A stretch of DNA of 64,000 nucleotides from a virus (lineage: Duplodnaviria > Caudoviricetes), in the IMG/VR virus record IMGVR_UViG_3300020177_000966, one strand, 5' to 3'. A program made the position numbers and the translations under genes. Below, one piece after another: positions 50,201-57,776 of the stretch (positions within the stretch are counted from its first letter, which is position 1; every line of letters begins with the position of its first letter). The notes under the pieces are model-generated. The model was not told where the DNA came from and searched no databases. It was given only the letters and a program-made list of their open reading frames with translations.

Positions 50201-53193
50201 CAGAAGCAAGACTAAGTCCGGTACTAGGAAACGGTAAAGCAAGATCTACACATATTAGATGCAAATTTGACAGAGTAACAAAAACATATCTATTCCAAAC
50301 ACTGAGCGAAATAGAAACATTTGCGACAACATTAGATCAATTAGAAATTGATTTAAAATGGCCAATGCAATTAAAAACTACACAAGTTACAGTTACTATT
50401 GATGGTCTTGAATCGTTGCGTAGTGAATATACTTTCTCTAATGTTAAGGATACTACAAAAGGATATACAAGATACTTTGGTAGAATTTCATTTACAAATG
50501 CACTAGATGCTAATAAAGAAGTAATTGTAACATATAATAAAGCACCTGACTTATTGCAAGCACAAGATAGAATTAATTTATATTACAATCCAAACACAGG
50601 AATGTATGGAAATGATCTAGGACAACTTTTAGATGGAATTGATTACGGCGGAGTCGAAGTAACTAGCTTTGACTTTGGCGGCGGCTCTGGCTGGGATAGT
50701 GACGGGTGGTTTACTTCAACATACGATACATTTGATACAACATTCGAAGATGAAATTTTCCAATTTGGAGACGACAGTACAAGAATATTAACTTTTGGAT
50801 CTCCTCTAGAAGTAGGAGCAATTTATAACATCTATAGAAATGGTGTAAGAATTGATGATCCTAATTATCCAGATAATCCAACTAATCCAAATGCATTAAT
50901 TGCTAGTGTTACTGGAGCAGGACAAACAGGAATTGCTATAACAGATGACGGAGATATAGTAGAAGATACTATTATTGTGTTTGACGAAGATATTATACCG
51001 TTAAGTTCGGGCGACATTTTAGTATTTAGAAAAACAACTTCCGACGGAAGTTTCTTACCAGATCCTAGATCTTATGATACTATTTTAAGCGGTGGTGACT
51101 TACAGTTTAATACTGCAAGAGGATTTAATCCAGAAGAGATTATAGTAGACGGCGACGGATTTGTAACACCGACTACATCTAAAGGACCGGAAGAGCAAGT
51201 TCCAGGACAAATTTTAGATGCAGTTGATATTAGAGTATTCCATAGACCAGAAGCCGGCGGCAGTATTCTAACTAGTAATTCTTACAGAGCTAACGGAACT
51301 GAAATTGTATTTGAATTTGGAATTCAACCTCAAAATGATAAAGGTTTAATTGTAAAACTTGATTCTGTAATACAACCTTCAACTGTTTACGATGTAAATT
51401 ACAAAAATAAAACAGTTACATTTAAAACTGTACCTGCGAGTGGAACACTAATAAACATTGTAAGTATTAGCGGAAACGGACAAGATTTACTAGAAGAAGG
51501 TCAGTATGTTGCAGACGGAAGTACTAGTGCATTTACTACTAAAGCAAAATATTCTAAAGAATTAGATTTTTATGTAACAGTTGACGGCGGAGAAGTAGAA
51601 GCTGTACTTGTTGATGATAACGAAAAGGCGCAAATACTTTTTGGCTCTCCACCAAAAGATCAAAGTCTTGTTAGTTATTTTGTTTATAGTAAAACAGATG
51701 CGTTTAGTAAGATTGAAGTTGAAGAATTTGTAGGTGATGGAAGTACTAAGTTGTTTGATTTAACAAAAACTCCTTACAGTGCTATTCCGAATAGTCATAA
51801 TGTTATTGTCAAACAAGGAAACCGTTTGTTAAATCCTGGTTATAACCAGCAATTTGATGTAACTACTGCACAAAGAGAATATTTCTTAGAAATATGGCAA
51901 ACTCCAGTTGGTAGCTTTGATGCGTCAGATGTATTATTTGTTTTAAACGGCAAAGAATTAACAATTGCAGTTGAATATAATATTAGACCTTCAAATAGTA
52001 GCGTTATCCTAGAACCAGGTATTGGCAAAGACGGCGATATTTTAGAAGCATATATTGTCACTGACGGTGATTATGCGTTCGGAAGCATCCAACAAATCAA
52101 CAATCAAAATACTTGGGTTGACAGTGGTAAAACATTACAGCTTAAAGTTGCTCCTGAGATAGGAGAAACACTAACAGTTTATACATTTAACAAGCACGAT
52201 AGTATGGGATTTGAAAGAATTAATTACGATATTGTTGCAAGAGAAACATTGGTTGTTGGTACTGAAGACTATATTCAATTTAACCATATTAAAAATGGAT
52301 TAATTAAACTTAGATATCCTGCTGTAGAAGTGCAGTATGTTTGGTTAACAGTAAACGGAGTTTTACAAACACCTAGTGTTGATTATACATTAACTACAGA
52401 TAAACAGTATCTAAGATATAAACAAAGTTTTGTAGACAACGATGTTGTTGAGATAATACAGTTTAGTGCTGTTGGACAGATTACACCTAAGTTTGGATTT
52501 AGTCAGTTTAAAGATATTCTTAATAGAAACATCTATAAGCGTCTAGGCGATGTTCAACCTTATAAACTTGCAGAGCCGTTATATACATTTGATAAACAAA
52601 TTGTATTAGATAATGCAAATGGATTAAGTTCACCGGATAAGAATAGCAAGACTCCAGGAATTATTTTTGTTAACGGAGAACGAATTGAATATCTAATCAA
52701 GGATGGCAATACATTAAAACAAATTCAAAGAGGTACATTAGGTACAGGAGTTCCAACAGAACACTTAATAGGTAGTGATGTATACAATGCAAATCAGATG
52801 CAAACAGCACCGTATGCTGATAAAACTATTGTTGATGAAATTGTAGCAGACGGTACATCTAGTGTGTTTGAACTTGGATTTACGCCAATAAGCATTAACG
52901 AGTTTGAAGTATTTGTAGGCGGCCGCAGACTACGTAAGAATGCAATACAGAGTTTTGATTATACACTTAATCAAGATAGTCCAGAAGCAGATGTTACATT
53001 AGCGGCAGAATTTAGTGTAGACGGTACAACACCATTCGTAAGTCTGTTAAATACACCAGCAGAAGGAATTAAAATTCAAATTGTAAGACGTCAAGGTACT
53101 CTTTGGACAGAAACACCAGGAATTACACTATTTGATTCGGAAACTTTAGTAGCACGTTTCTTTAAGGCAGAAAAGGTGGAGCTACCCAAATAA
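38230..53193 (+). CDS. 4987-aa giant baseplate wedge/structural protein (gp7-like position)
   Basis: Uninterrupted ORF directly after gp6 with a TAATG overlap; FG-GAP-like motifs and GSGYTSAP...GGGGTGATA repeats. Confidence 0.75.
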   Translation: MAQDENGIPIDDDSKRRTADMLPRYFRTTANKKFLSSTLDQLMQPGVVQKTDGFIGRKNAKAFKTGDNYIAELAGDRRNYQLEPVALVEDTLGNTTFYRDYRDYVNASKIRNGEVDNHSLLNSQEYYAWSPHIDWDKFVNFREYYWLPAGPSSIPVYGSSTEIVSTFTVGKQDNTDNFAYTFNPDVPTSNPTLTLYRGQTYTFDINTVDMPLSIRTSRSVKDDSNLYNVGVSQQSVETGQFTFVVDLESPDYLYYTNDNDIEASGLIIIKNIIDATEINITAEILGKKTYTMQNGYELSNGMRVNFYGKVTPEIYATGTWYVEGVGNSIKLISESDLVITADYLLDQGVEYDMQGFADLPFDEAISYATLKDYIVINRAAKDRNQWSRYNKWTHKTVIETTALINNVPAELDQTYRATRPIIEFEPGLKLFNYGTEAKGAVDLVDTVTTDVFSDIEGQVGYFVDGIELVNGMRVLFTADPDSLVSGKIYEVKFISHNGSRQITLIETTDTTPLENETVLVKSGEKFKGKVFYYTGTVWKQAQDKTSVNQQPLFDLYNDQGIALSTLDGSSFAGNKIFSYKVGTGTNDTELGFPLSYRTIENSGDIVFDFNLLSDTYQYDVLTDVFNVSTDTGLLRKYTDRTTYSSLSGWTKAATKSVQPVIQQPTVDTRTNNFIIDVYDNSATIADLEIKVYVNNNRKKENTDYLIDRFNGYCYINFNNDLTVGDKLVIKTYTKTPKNTRGYYEFPTNLEKNPLNENVESFTLGEVLDHVGSIVDNAKDFNGIFPGSSNLKDLGDVTPLGLRFVQHSGPINLALYNITNKDFDAIRAIRYSGLEYIKFKREFLRVANELGFEGETKVHVDKILQSITEVQTNKDPFYFSDMVPFGSDTLTRHVIEDQSQTVFSLKRGIDFTKLNQYAVLPYFNGSLLVKDRDYTITVDGFLTLNITVTNNDILDVYEFESTDGCWVPPTPTKLGLYPKYTPEIFLDDTYINVVTEVTGPYKVYGRDETTTQSFKGKVGWFYPLFTSEADAIDYDTANGGAGVAHDHVFAGCNQLFFMPSSSANHATIDINSFESWPGAQPMLQGHDGSLWKCYGDYRDRLLLDFERRIYDNLKQQYNENVFDIADFVETRTRKTGFTRYGTARTLISEFNRWLETVGTPDYSANTRFDRTNGFTFSYNKWADVENNSLPGFWRAIYKDFYNTDRPHSHPWEILGLTEKPDWFDTEYGTAPYTRNNLLLWKDMASGIVRAPNEKIVYRNKFKNTLISKYIPTDDQGNLLPPNLSGIALSGLDSSYSDGYVFGDEGPVETAWRRSSHYPFALMASWAINNPAQFFGIAFDVSRIKRNGAGELVYTETSKRIRLDKLKFPNSASDSSRVFTAGIINYIQGYLAQNETLKFSTYQQELTSLQNKLASKIGGFTQKSKFRLILDARTPTNEGNVFVPDENYKIQLTKSIPINVYSYSGMIIEIVPQGYIIRGYDRDLPIFKTYSVIRKNNDRLVRVGGVSESFLNWDTGKFYEVGQIVENNNVYYRVKIGHTSGTSFNLDNFQKLAELPEEGGAQAFFSKNFDTREVVEIPYGTLVSDIQGVVDIILGYQKFLDSNGFKFELFNQNIEEIENWTLSAKEFMFWTTQNWDTGTVITLSPSARQVMFAEAYTVVDDIYNNFYDYSLLKADGKRLLADFATTERDTTNSFGIYVKNTEDGIFHLKVPVVQHEHAVIIDNKTVFNDVIYNRAQGYRQERIKVKGYRSDEWNGSYNIPGFIFDDAKIEDWASWQDYSIGALVKYKQYYYVAKVNVVGTETFNERSFVRLNEKPEQKLLPNWDYKAKQFTDFYDLDSDNFDTEQQRLAQHLIGYQKRRYLENIINDDVSQYKFFQGAIQDKGTKNVLTKLFDKLGSANKDSLEFFEEWAVRIGRYGATTGDDQFDIVFDEARYRMEPQTVELVNEIDPQDTSLVYRLTRNNVYVKSQNYDHKPFPVKYFNDDNSYTKTAGYVNTNDVKLSLLNYDDILDQSISAINTGEFVWTANNKSQQTWSVYKHATTDYVIKSVTATSNGTFTITLNRKTNFIVGDIIGVVDTNETTDGFYKIAEINLNKITLSTTGESTELDDIKGYVTYFKPVRLSRLSDANAIIDAPTTFSLSGDTSITDTIWVDDDDTGKWIVLKNKQVYELKPDIKNVTAGLLDSTDKDFGSDISVTENNNTIAVSAPKDLNGSVYVFARPSDNTEFGLRQQIDEFTGIFESGGGFGSSVSISPDGEYLAIGSPNASNVKSKFRGDYKNTVAYNINDIVLYRSQLWKSRKVQDADSIQQFLSHASNQQSKIDEYDSDDQSYPDVEYMVRGNYTINDAPADHILIRAQTEQFEGTKPGDVLELKWNRYTTTTSAGIAPFNGDSVLNETFINGSHEIVHKVEAIVHIQSALSIPESGSDITTDTAKATIAYRYVNDENQMTIYLNNLNGAFLDTGSIYQNGVLVGDYERQLKITDNYHAGWWHINVGSEFSTTELVETNANLVVTDIKLENEIRSNSLFTNILDIKRLANTTTPTFPSEFGILSHRQGQTGTVIIDGRWWFRTSTQHYTDTSVNDEVSFWLNQIRVNGNVQDPQPVLGLSFDYLNNSIHTVADKWNGWLEVRLTNFDLSGNPFIPSIGTQLIDSATGETAEVAWIERAFGVAKIYLKNKSGQWAFGSDYGQNSTAQFVENDSTLRTIGPINSCHLENDISGGLIVIDTNTNIPVPPNQTYLRDLEYWHYSSNTIDGILETAETPSSLNLDWTRVYNIPVTTSGYESGNDSEGTFAIYKKTGSIYQLVNYYTVPNSDNFRKLGASCKFVQKSSTSYRLFVLAKGNNTEENQGRIYFFDKNETEDWNLGIEPLYRGMHSVNATYFDGEYVRFGDSIYEAKTNITPGAFNLAEWAEINSGVDLLGYVPNDTNYSITESTLEQQFLEEIGEEFDTSSLGEVLVLTARYTNPDDSSVPNRKVVVYKLVNDQYVYSQLLEPFNLSENYGSSIAVSNDGKKIAVGAPYNSDISLNGGAVYVYILKDGVYTFTQTLRPKDLTDNTQFGFKLDFDGNTLAITSKGGDIIKYTTFDVELTTFDGDATKLNTVDNDSGLVSIYETINDTLLYGQDFSYDRDTENFGNIIKVKNNHIYLGLPDQTVTTNNTVDKGVVAEFRKPLNSTSWSIVTSPVLPADLSKFKGVYLYNKTNNAQVAYLDYIDPIQGKIAGVAEQEISFKTSYDPARYTISTATGVTPQPLDYTSTKWVGKLWWDIDSARFINHHQGDITESTATFNKLYPGTTVDVYEWVESKLRPSEWDTQSETEAGLAKGISGTSKYGDSAYSVRRKYNSASQTFTTYYYYWVKNKATIPAIETRKLSALSVSRIISNPENSNIKFVAILSNNRFAIYNCESLIKDKDIAISFNWWTIDNQQQNTHIQYQLISDGLETSRPNSTIEQKWIDSLVGFDTNDRPVPDINLPIKQKYGSLNEPRQSWFINKTEARKQFVERANKILANNLIVDEFDLTKLTDSDPLPTIATGIFDTTSDSYAELRFVSIAKVRPATLQLEIENGVIINVLITDPGQGYINPPTYIITDTLGSEGELEFTLNANGGINSVRIINSGKNYTNNVKISIRKFAVLVKSDESINGKWSVYQYVLGEWQRVLTQSYDVNLYWKYKDWYDTGYNQFTLINYTLEGSYQIYGLADNIGDVIKISNVGSGGWLLLEKIANEDTVDYSVNYKTIGRESGTIELLDSLYDVTSDNVAYDGASFDKIFYDTEPVAEFRKIITILRDNIFIDQLQLHWNEMFFAGLRYVFSEQPNVDWAFKTSFVKAKHNIGELEQKVTFQNDNLSSYEDYVEEMKPYKTKIREYISSYEKIDPANNVVTDFDLAPVYNEQEGRIIPQSVQVVNNEIIAGVANTTTYPSKHWLDNVGFELTQINIADAGSGYTSAPKLVISGGGGTGATAQAFVGNGQITSVLVTNSGSGYLSQPTIDIIGSLEDGGTEARLSPVLGNGKARSTHIRCKFDRVTKTYLFQTLSEIETFATTLDQLEIDLKWPMQLKTTQVTVTIDGLESLRSEYTFSNVKDTTKGYTRYFGRISFTNALDANKEVIVTYNKAPDLLQAQDRINLYYNPNTGMYGNDLGQLLDGIDYGGVEVTSFDFGGGSGWDSDGWFTSTYDTFDTTFEDEIFQFGDDSTRILTFGSPLEVGAIYNIYRNGVRIDDPNYPDNPTNPNALIASVTGAGQTGIAITDDGDIVEDTIIVFDEDIIPLSSGDILVFRKTTSDGSFLPDPRSYDTILSGGDLQFNTARGFNPEEIIVDGDGFVTPTTSKGPEEQVPGQILDAVDIRVFHRPEAGGSILTSNSYRANGTEIVFEFGIQPQNDKGLIVKLDSVIQPSTVYDVNYKNKTVTFKTVPASGTLINIVSISGNGQDLLEEGQYVADGSTSAFTTKAKYSKELDFYVTVDGGEVEAVLVDDNEKAQILFGSPPKDQSLVSYFVYSKTDAFSKIEVEEFVGDGSTKLFDLTKTPYSAIPNSHNVIVKQGNRLLNPGYNQQFDVTTAQREYFLEIWQTPVGSFDASDVLFVLNGKELTIAVEYNIRPSNSSVILEPGIGKDGDILEAYIVTDGDYAFGSIQQINNQNTWVDSGKTLQLKVAPEIGETLTVYTFNKHDSMGFERINYDIVARETLVVGTEDYIQFNHIKNGLIKLRYPAVEVQYVWLTVNGVLQTPSVDYTLTTDKQYLRYKQSFVDNDVVEIIQFSAVGQITPKFGFSQFKDILNRNIYKRLGDVQPYKLAEPLYTFDKQIVLDNANGLSSPDKNSKTPGIIFVNGERIEYLIKDGNTLKQIQRGTLGTGVPTEHLIGSDVYNANQMQTAPYADKTIVDEIVADGTSSVFELGFTPISINEFEVFVGGRRLRKNAIQSFDYTLNQDSPEADVTLAAEFSVDGTTPFVSLLNTPAEGIKIQIVRRQGTLWTETPGITLFDSETLVARFFKAEKVELPK

Positions 53194-53213
53194 ATACAGT
53201 ATAGGAAAAAGGT

Positions 53214-53825
53214 ATGATGGATAACATAAAAGAAGAAAACGGAGTTATGCTCCAAGGACACATTAAAATTTCTAATCCAGAAACGGGCGAAGTTATTGTA
53301 GATAAACGTAATGCAATACATTACGAGAACATGAGTATCTCACTTGCAGAAAGTTTAGCTAACGCAGGACAAGGCTTTATATATCAAATGGCATTTGGTA
53401 ATGGAGGCACAAGCATTGACCCAACTGGAATTATTACATACCTTACACCTAACAGTACGGGTACTAATGCTAGTCTTTATAACCAAACATTTATTAAAGT
53501 AGTTGACGATAGAAGTGTAAACAACACCGACCCTGCTCGTAACAAAATTGAATCAAGACACGTTAGTGGTACAAATTATACAGATATTCTTGTAACTTGT
53601 TTACTTGACTATGGTGAACCAAGTGGCCAAGATGCTGTAGACAACGCTACTAATGCAGATAGTTTATATGTATTTGACGAATTAGGATTAGTAAGTTATA
53701 GTCCTTCAGGTCAAGGTAGACTATTAACACATGTTATTTTCCACCCAGTACAAAAAAGTTTGAATAGACTTATTCAAATCGATTACACTGTGCGTGTACA
53801 AAGTTTATCGGGGTTTAATGAATAA
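53214..53825 (+). CDS. Conserved baseplate-associated structural protein
   Basis: 203 aa; ATAAATA at 53190-96 overlaps the upstream stop; VFDELGL...LLTHVIFHPVQKS. Confidence 0.65.
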   Translation: MMDNIKEENGVMLQGHIKISNPETGEVIVDKRNAIHYENMSISLAESLANAGQGFIYQMAFGNGGTSIDPTGIITYLTPNSTGTNASLYNQTFIKVVDDRSVNNTDPARNKIESRHVSGTNYTDILVTCLLDYGEPSGQDAVDNATNADSLYVFDELGLVSYSPSGQGRLLTHVIFHPVQKSLNRLIQIDYTVRVQSLSGFNE

Positions 53826-55906
53826 TGGCATATACAATTAACTATTCAGACAGCAACAAAGGTACTATTTCAATTGAAGATAGTACAATTAATCAGCAAA
53901 CTAGTTTAGATCTTCCAGGACGTAATACAACTAGCTACGGTTCTGTTATTTCAGAAAACTTTTTAAAACTACTAGAAAACTTTGCAAATGCAAACGAGCC
54001 AAGAAGTCCAATTCAAGGACAGCTATGGTACGACACTTCAGTGGGTATTGATACCCTTAAAATTTATGATGGTACTGGATGGGTTAATGCAAGTGGTTTG
54101 AAAAAAGGAAATACTGCTCCAGATGTTGCAAATGCATTAACTGGCGACTTATGGTCAGATACTGATAACAATCAGCTTTACATTTTTACAGGTTCAGGAT
54201 GGACACTAGTTGGACCAGAATATAGTGACGGTTTGCTAACAGGTGCAAAGCCAGTAGTAGTAACGGGTAAAGACGAAGTACTATATACCATCTTGCAAAT
54301 TGAAGTAGCAGGACAACCTGTAGCAATTTACAGTACTAAAACATTCCAGCCAAAGAGTACAATTGCAGGATTTACAATTATTCAACCAGGACTTAATCTT
54401 TCAACTGCAAATATTGGTGGTAGCGGTATTAGCAAATATTTAGGTACAAGTGAAAAAGCTGAAAATCTTATTGTAAGCGGTGAAATAGTTAGTGCTACTA
54501 AATTTTTAAGAAGTGACAAAACAAGTACTTCCGATCAACAGATTATTATTAGTAACAACAAAGGACTACAAGTTGGACAAACTGCAAGTGTAACATTCGA
54601 CGTTCAAGGAACTTCAGGCGTTATTACTAACTTAACCTCAGGAGCACCAATTGACTTTAAAGTTAATAACTTAGGATTGCAAAAAAACGTAATTAGAATT
54701 GACTCTACAGAAAAAGTAGGTATTAACACATTAAGTCCAGCAGAAGCATTAGACGTATTAGGCTCAATTCAAACAAGCGCAAACTTAATTGTGCAAGGTA
54801 CTACTGACAGTGCTAGTATTGGAACAGGCGCTGTTAAGATTAGCGGCGGCGTTGGTATTGCTAAGAAACTATTTGTTGGAACAGACTTAAATGTTGCCGG
54901 TAATAGCACAACAGGATCAATTTTACCTAATGCAACACAAACATATTCACTAGGTAGTTCCGAAAAACGTTGGGCAACTGTAAATGCTGTTGAATTTAGA
55001 GGAAACTTAATTGGTAACATTACCGGTACAGTAACAGGTGGTGCTACAAACGCAAACAAGTTAACCAGTGCGACAACCTTCCAAATTTCCGGCGATGTTA
55101 GTTCAAACCAAATTACCTTTGACGGACAAGTAGGTGGAACATCTAAGACATTTACAACATCAATTAGTAACACATTTATTGCTAACAAACAATTAACAAC
55201 AGTACCAAATAATGATGACGAAATTATTATTAACAGAATCTCCGGCGACAATACCGGCGTGTTTAAAATTAGTCAACAAGCACTTGTAAGTAGTGTTCCA
55301 GTTATTCCTATTGCTACTATTATACCTTATGCAGGTATTAATATTCCTCCAGGATGGTTGTTATGTGACGGTACAGAATATAGAATTTCAGATTATCTTA
55401 CATTGTATAACACAATTTTATATCAGTTTAAAGACCAAAGCCAGGTACAATCAGGTTTCTTTGGTGTACCTGATCTAAGAGGTAGATTCCCACTAGGTGC
55501 TGACAATATGGGCGGTACAAGTGCTAATAGAGTTTCAGATGTTAACGCTGATACAGTTGGTCTTGGTTCGGGTGTTGAAAGTAGAGCAATTGACGTTAAA
55601 AACTTGCCAGAACACGAACACGATTTAAGATCACCAAAAGGTGCTCAATTCTATGTAATACTTGACGATAGTGGTGTACAGCAAGATGCTGATACTATTC
55701 CATATGATGCTCCAACAGGTTCAGGAGCAGGACAAGCACGTACAAGTTCAGGCGGAGTTCTAAATAGAAGAAATATTACTTATAATGCAAATACAGGACT
55801 TGAAGAATACGAGACATTTGATGTTACTGAGTTAGGTACGCCATACAATGTTATGAACCCGTTCTTAACAGTCAAATATATTATCTATACAGGAGTTGGG
55901 GGCTAA
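53825..55906 (+). CDS. Tail fibre protein with a phage tail-collar domain
   Basis: PIATIIPYAG...GWLLCDG...FGVPDLRGRFPLG...PEHEH...MNPFLTVKYII. Confidence 0.8.
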   Translation: MAYTINYSDSNKGTISIEDSTINQQTSLDLPGRNTTSYGSVISENFLKLLENFANANEPRSPIQGQLWYDTSVGIDTLKIYDGTGWVNASGLKKGNTAPDVANALTGDLWSDTDNNQLYIFTGSGWTLVGPEYSDGLLTGAKPVVVTGKDEVLYTILQIEVAGQPVAIYSTKTFQPKSTIAGFTIIQPGLNLSTANIGGSGISKYLGTSEKAENLIVSGEIVSATKFLRSDKTSTSDQQIIISNNKGLQVGQTASVTFDVQGTSGVITNLTSGAPIDFKVNNLGLQKNVIRIDSTEKVGINTLSPAEALDVLGSIQTSANLIVQGTTDSASIGTGAVKISGGVGIAKKLFVGTDLNVAGNSTTGSILPNATQTYSLGSSEKRWATVNAVEFRGNLIGNITGTVTGGATNANKLTSATTFQISGDVSSNQITFDGQVGGTSKTFTTSISNTFIANKQLTTVPNNDDEIIINRISGDNTGVFKISQQALVSSVPVIPIATIIPYAGINIPPGWLLCDGTEYRISDYLTLYNTILYQFKDQSQVQSGFFGVPDLRGRFPLGADNMGGTSANRVSDVNADTVGLGSGVESRAIDVKNLPEHEHDLRSPKGAQFYVILDDSGVQQDADTIPYDAPTGSGAGQARTSSGGVLNRRNITYNANTGLEEYETFDVTELGTPYNVMNPFLTVKYIIYTGVGG

Positions 55907-55909
55907 TAA

Positions 55910-57745
55910 ATGGCATATCAAATTAATAAAACAAACGGAGCATTATTAGTTAATCTCGCAGATGGACAAATTGACGCTTCAACTACTGATATTACACTAG
56001 TAGGAAAAGGATATTCGGGTTTTGGTGAAGCATTTAACGAAAACTTTATAAGACTGCTAGAAAACTTTTCAGGTTCATCAGCACCAGCTAATCCTTTATC
56101 AGGGCAAATTTGGTGGGATTCATCAGTATCAAGATTAAAAGTTTACACTGGAACTAACTGGACAACTGGCGGAGGCCCAATTGTGCAACCTACACAGCCA
56201 GTAATGGTTGCAGGTGATCTTTGGATTAACAACGATTCTAATCAACTTTACTTTTTTGACGGCACTGATTTAGAATTAGCAGGACCTATTTATAATGCGT
56301 TCCAAGGACGCTCGGGCCCACAAGTTATTACTGTGCTTGATAGTACAGGTACAAGTAGAACTATTGTTAAGTATTGGGTTGGCGGCTCTTTAGTTGGCTT
56401 ATGGAGTAAAATTGGATTCACTCCACAGAATGTAGATACAATTCCAGGTTTTACTGGAGATGTAGTTAAAGGATTTAACGTTGTTGACAGTGATTTTATT
56501 TTTGCTGGAACAGCAAACAATACTAGAAAGCTAGTTGATGATGCTGGAGTAGAGCGAGGAGCCGGACAGTTCCTAGCAAGTGATAGTGACGATACAACTA
56601 CTGGTGCATTAATTGTTAGAAACAACGGCGGACTTACAGTAGGATTATCTGAGAACCATGTTTTAAAAGTAACTAGTCAAGGCGTTGTTGCTCTAAACGA
56701 AATTTCAAATCAAAATTATACTATTCAAATGCGTAATAGTTCTGGTATTCAAAATGCACTAAGTATTAAATCGCAGAATAGCCGTGTTGGAATTTATAAT
56801 GATAATCCATCATACACATTAGATGTTGGCGGCGATTTAAGAGTTACAGGAAGTCTTATAGTAGATGGTGATACTGTTACTATTGGAACTGAAGAACTTG
56901 TTGTTAAAGATAAAAGTATTACTCTTGCTGATGCAGGAGATAGTACATTATTAACAGATGCACAAGTTGATGAATCTGGTATTATTGTTAAGTCGGCAAA
57001 CGGCAACAAAGAATTTTTATGGCGAAATGTAACTAATGCGTGGACATCAAATACAAGCATTAATATTACAGGATCAGGATCACTTAAATTCAATGGGGTT
57101 GATATTATTACAGGCTCTAATGCAAGTGGTATTACACAGTTAGGTACACTGACATCGGCAGCTATTGGCAATATTAGTTTTCCAGGCGGTATTTCTGTTG
57201 TTACTAATGCTGTTGACGGAAGCGGCAACGGATTAAATGCAACACTTGCTGGTGATTTAAATTTTGTTACTAGTAGAAAAATTAGAAATGTATTAGATCC
57301 AGTTGCTCCTCAAGATGTTGCTACAAAAAATTATGTTGACAGTCAGATTAATTTAGAAGTAATTCCTTTAACTCTTGATGTTACAGGGTTAGGAACCGGC
57401 GCACAACTTAATACTAATGTTGGCATTATTTTAAATGACATTGTTCCATCAGGAAATAAACAAGATAATACAGAAGCAAGAATACATTGCACAACTACAA
57501 CAGGTGCTACAGCTACGCTAACAGGTTCTGCACTAGACACTGCGTTTAATGAATCAACAACTATTGTACAAGCATTAGATATCAGCGGTAATGACAACGG
57601 ATCTGTAAGTGTAATTAACAGTGCTACATTTAATAACGCTACTGGTTCGATTAGTTCAACCGTACAACGTTCGTTAAAACTGTATAGAGTAGTAGGAGGA
57701 GTATGGACATATGTGCAAGACCTAACTCCGGGCGTTTTAGTATAA
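55910..57745 (+). CDS. Tail fibre/baseplate structural protein (paralog)
   Basis: Shares the MAYxIN...LVGKxY.G.GE..NENF..LLENF N-terminus with its neighbours. Confidence 0.75.
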   Translation: MAYQINKTNGALLVNLADGQIDASTTDITLVGKGYSGFGEAFNENFIRLLENFSGSSAPANPLSGQIWWDSSVSRLKVYTGTNWTTGGGPIVQPTQPVMVAGDLWINNDSNQLYFFDGTDLELAGPIYNAFQGRSGPQVITVLDSTGTSRTIVKYWVGGSLVGLWSKIGFTPQNVDTIPGFTGDVVKGFNVVDSDFIFAGTANNTRKLVDDAGVERGAGQFLASDSDDTTTGALIVRNNGGLTVGLSENHVLKVTSQGVVALNEISNQNYTIQMRNSSGIQNALSIKSQNSRVGIYNDNPSYTLDVGGDLRVTGSLIVDGDTVTIGTEELVVKDKSITLADAGDSTLLTDAQVDESGIIVKSANGNKEFLWRNVTNAWTSNTSINITGSGSLKFNGVDIITGSNASGITQLGTLTSAAIGNISFPGGISVVTNAVDGSGNGLNATLAGDLNFVTSRKIRNVLDPVAPQDVATKNYVDSQINLEVIPLTLDVTGLGTGAQLNTNVGIILNDIVPSGNKQDNTEARIHCTTTTGATATLTGSALDTAFNESTTIVQALDISGNDNGSVSVINSATFNNATGSISSTVQRSLKLYRVVGGVWTYVQDLTPGVLV

Positions 57746-57748
57746 ATA
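57741..57748 (+). promoter_or_regulatory. Perfect T4 late promoter TATAAATA
   Basis: Exact consensus; its TAA is the stop codon of 55910..57745. Confidence 0.75.
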
Positions 57749-57776
57749 CATATAACACAATTAGGGGTATTAGTAA

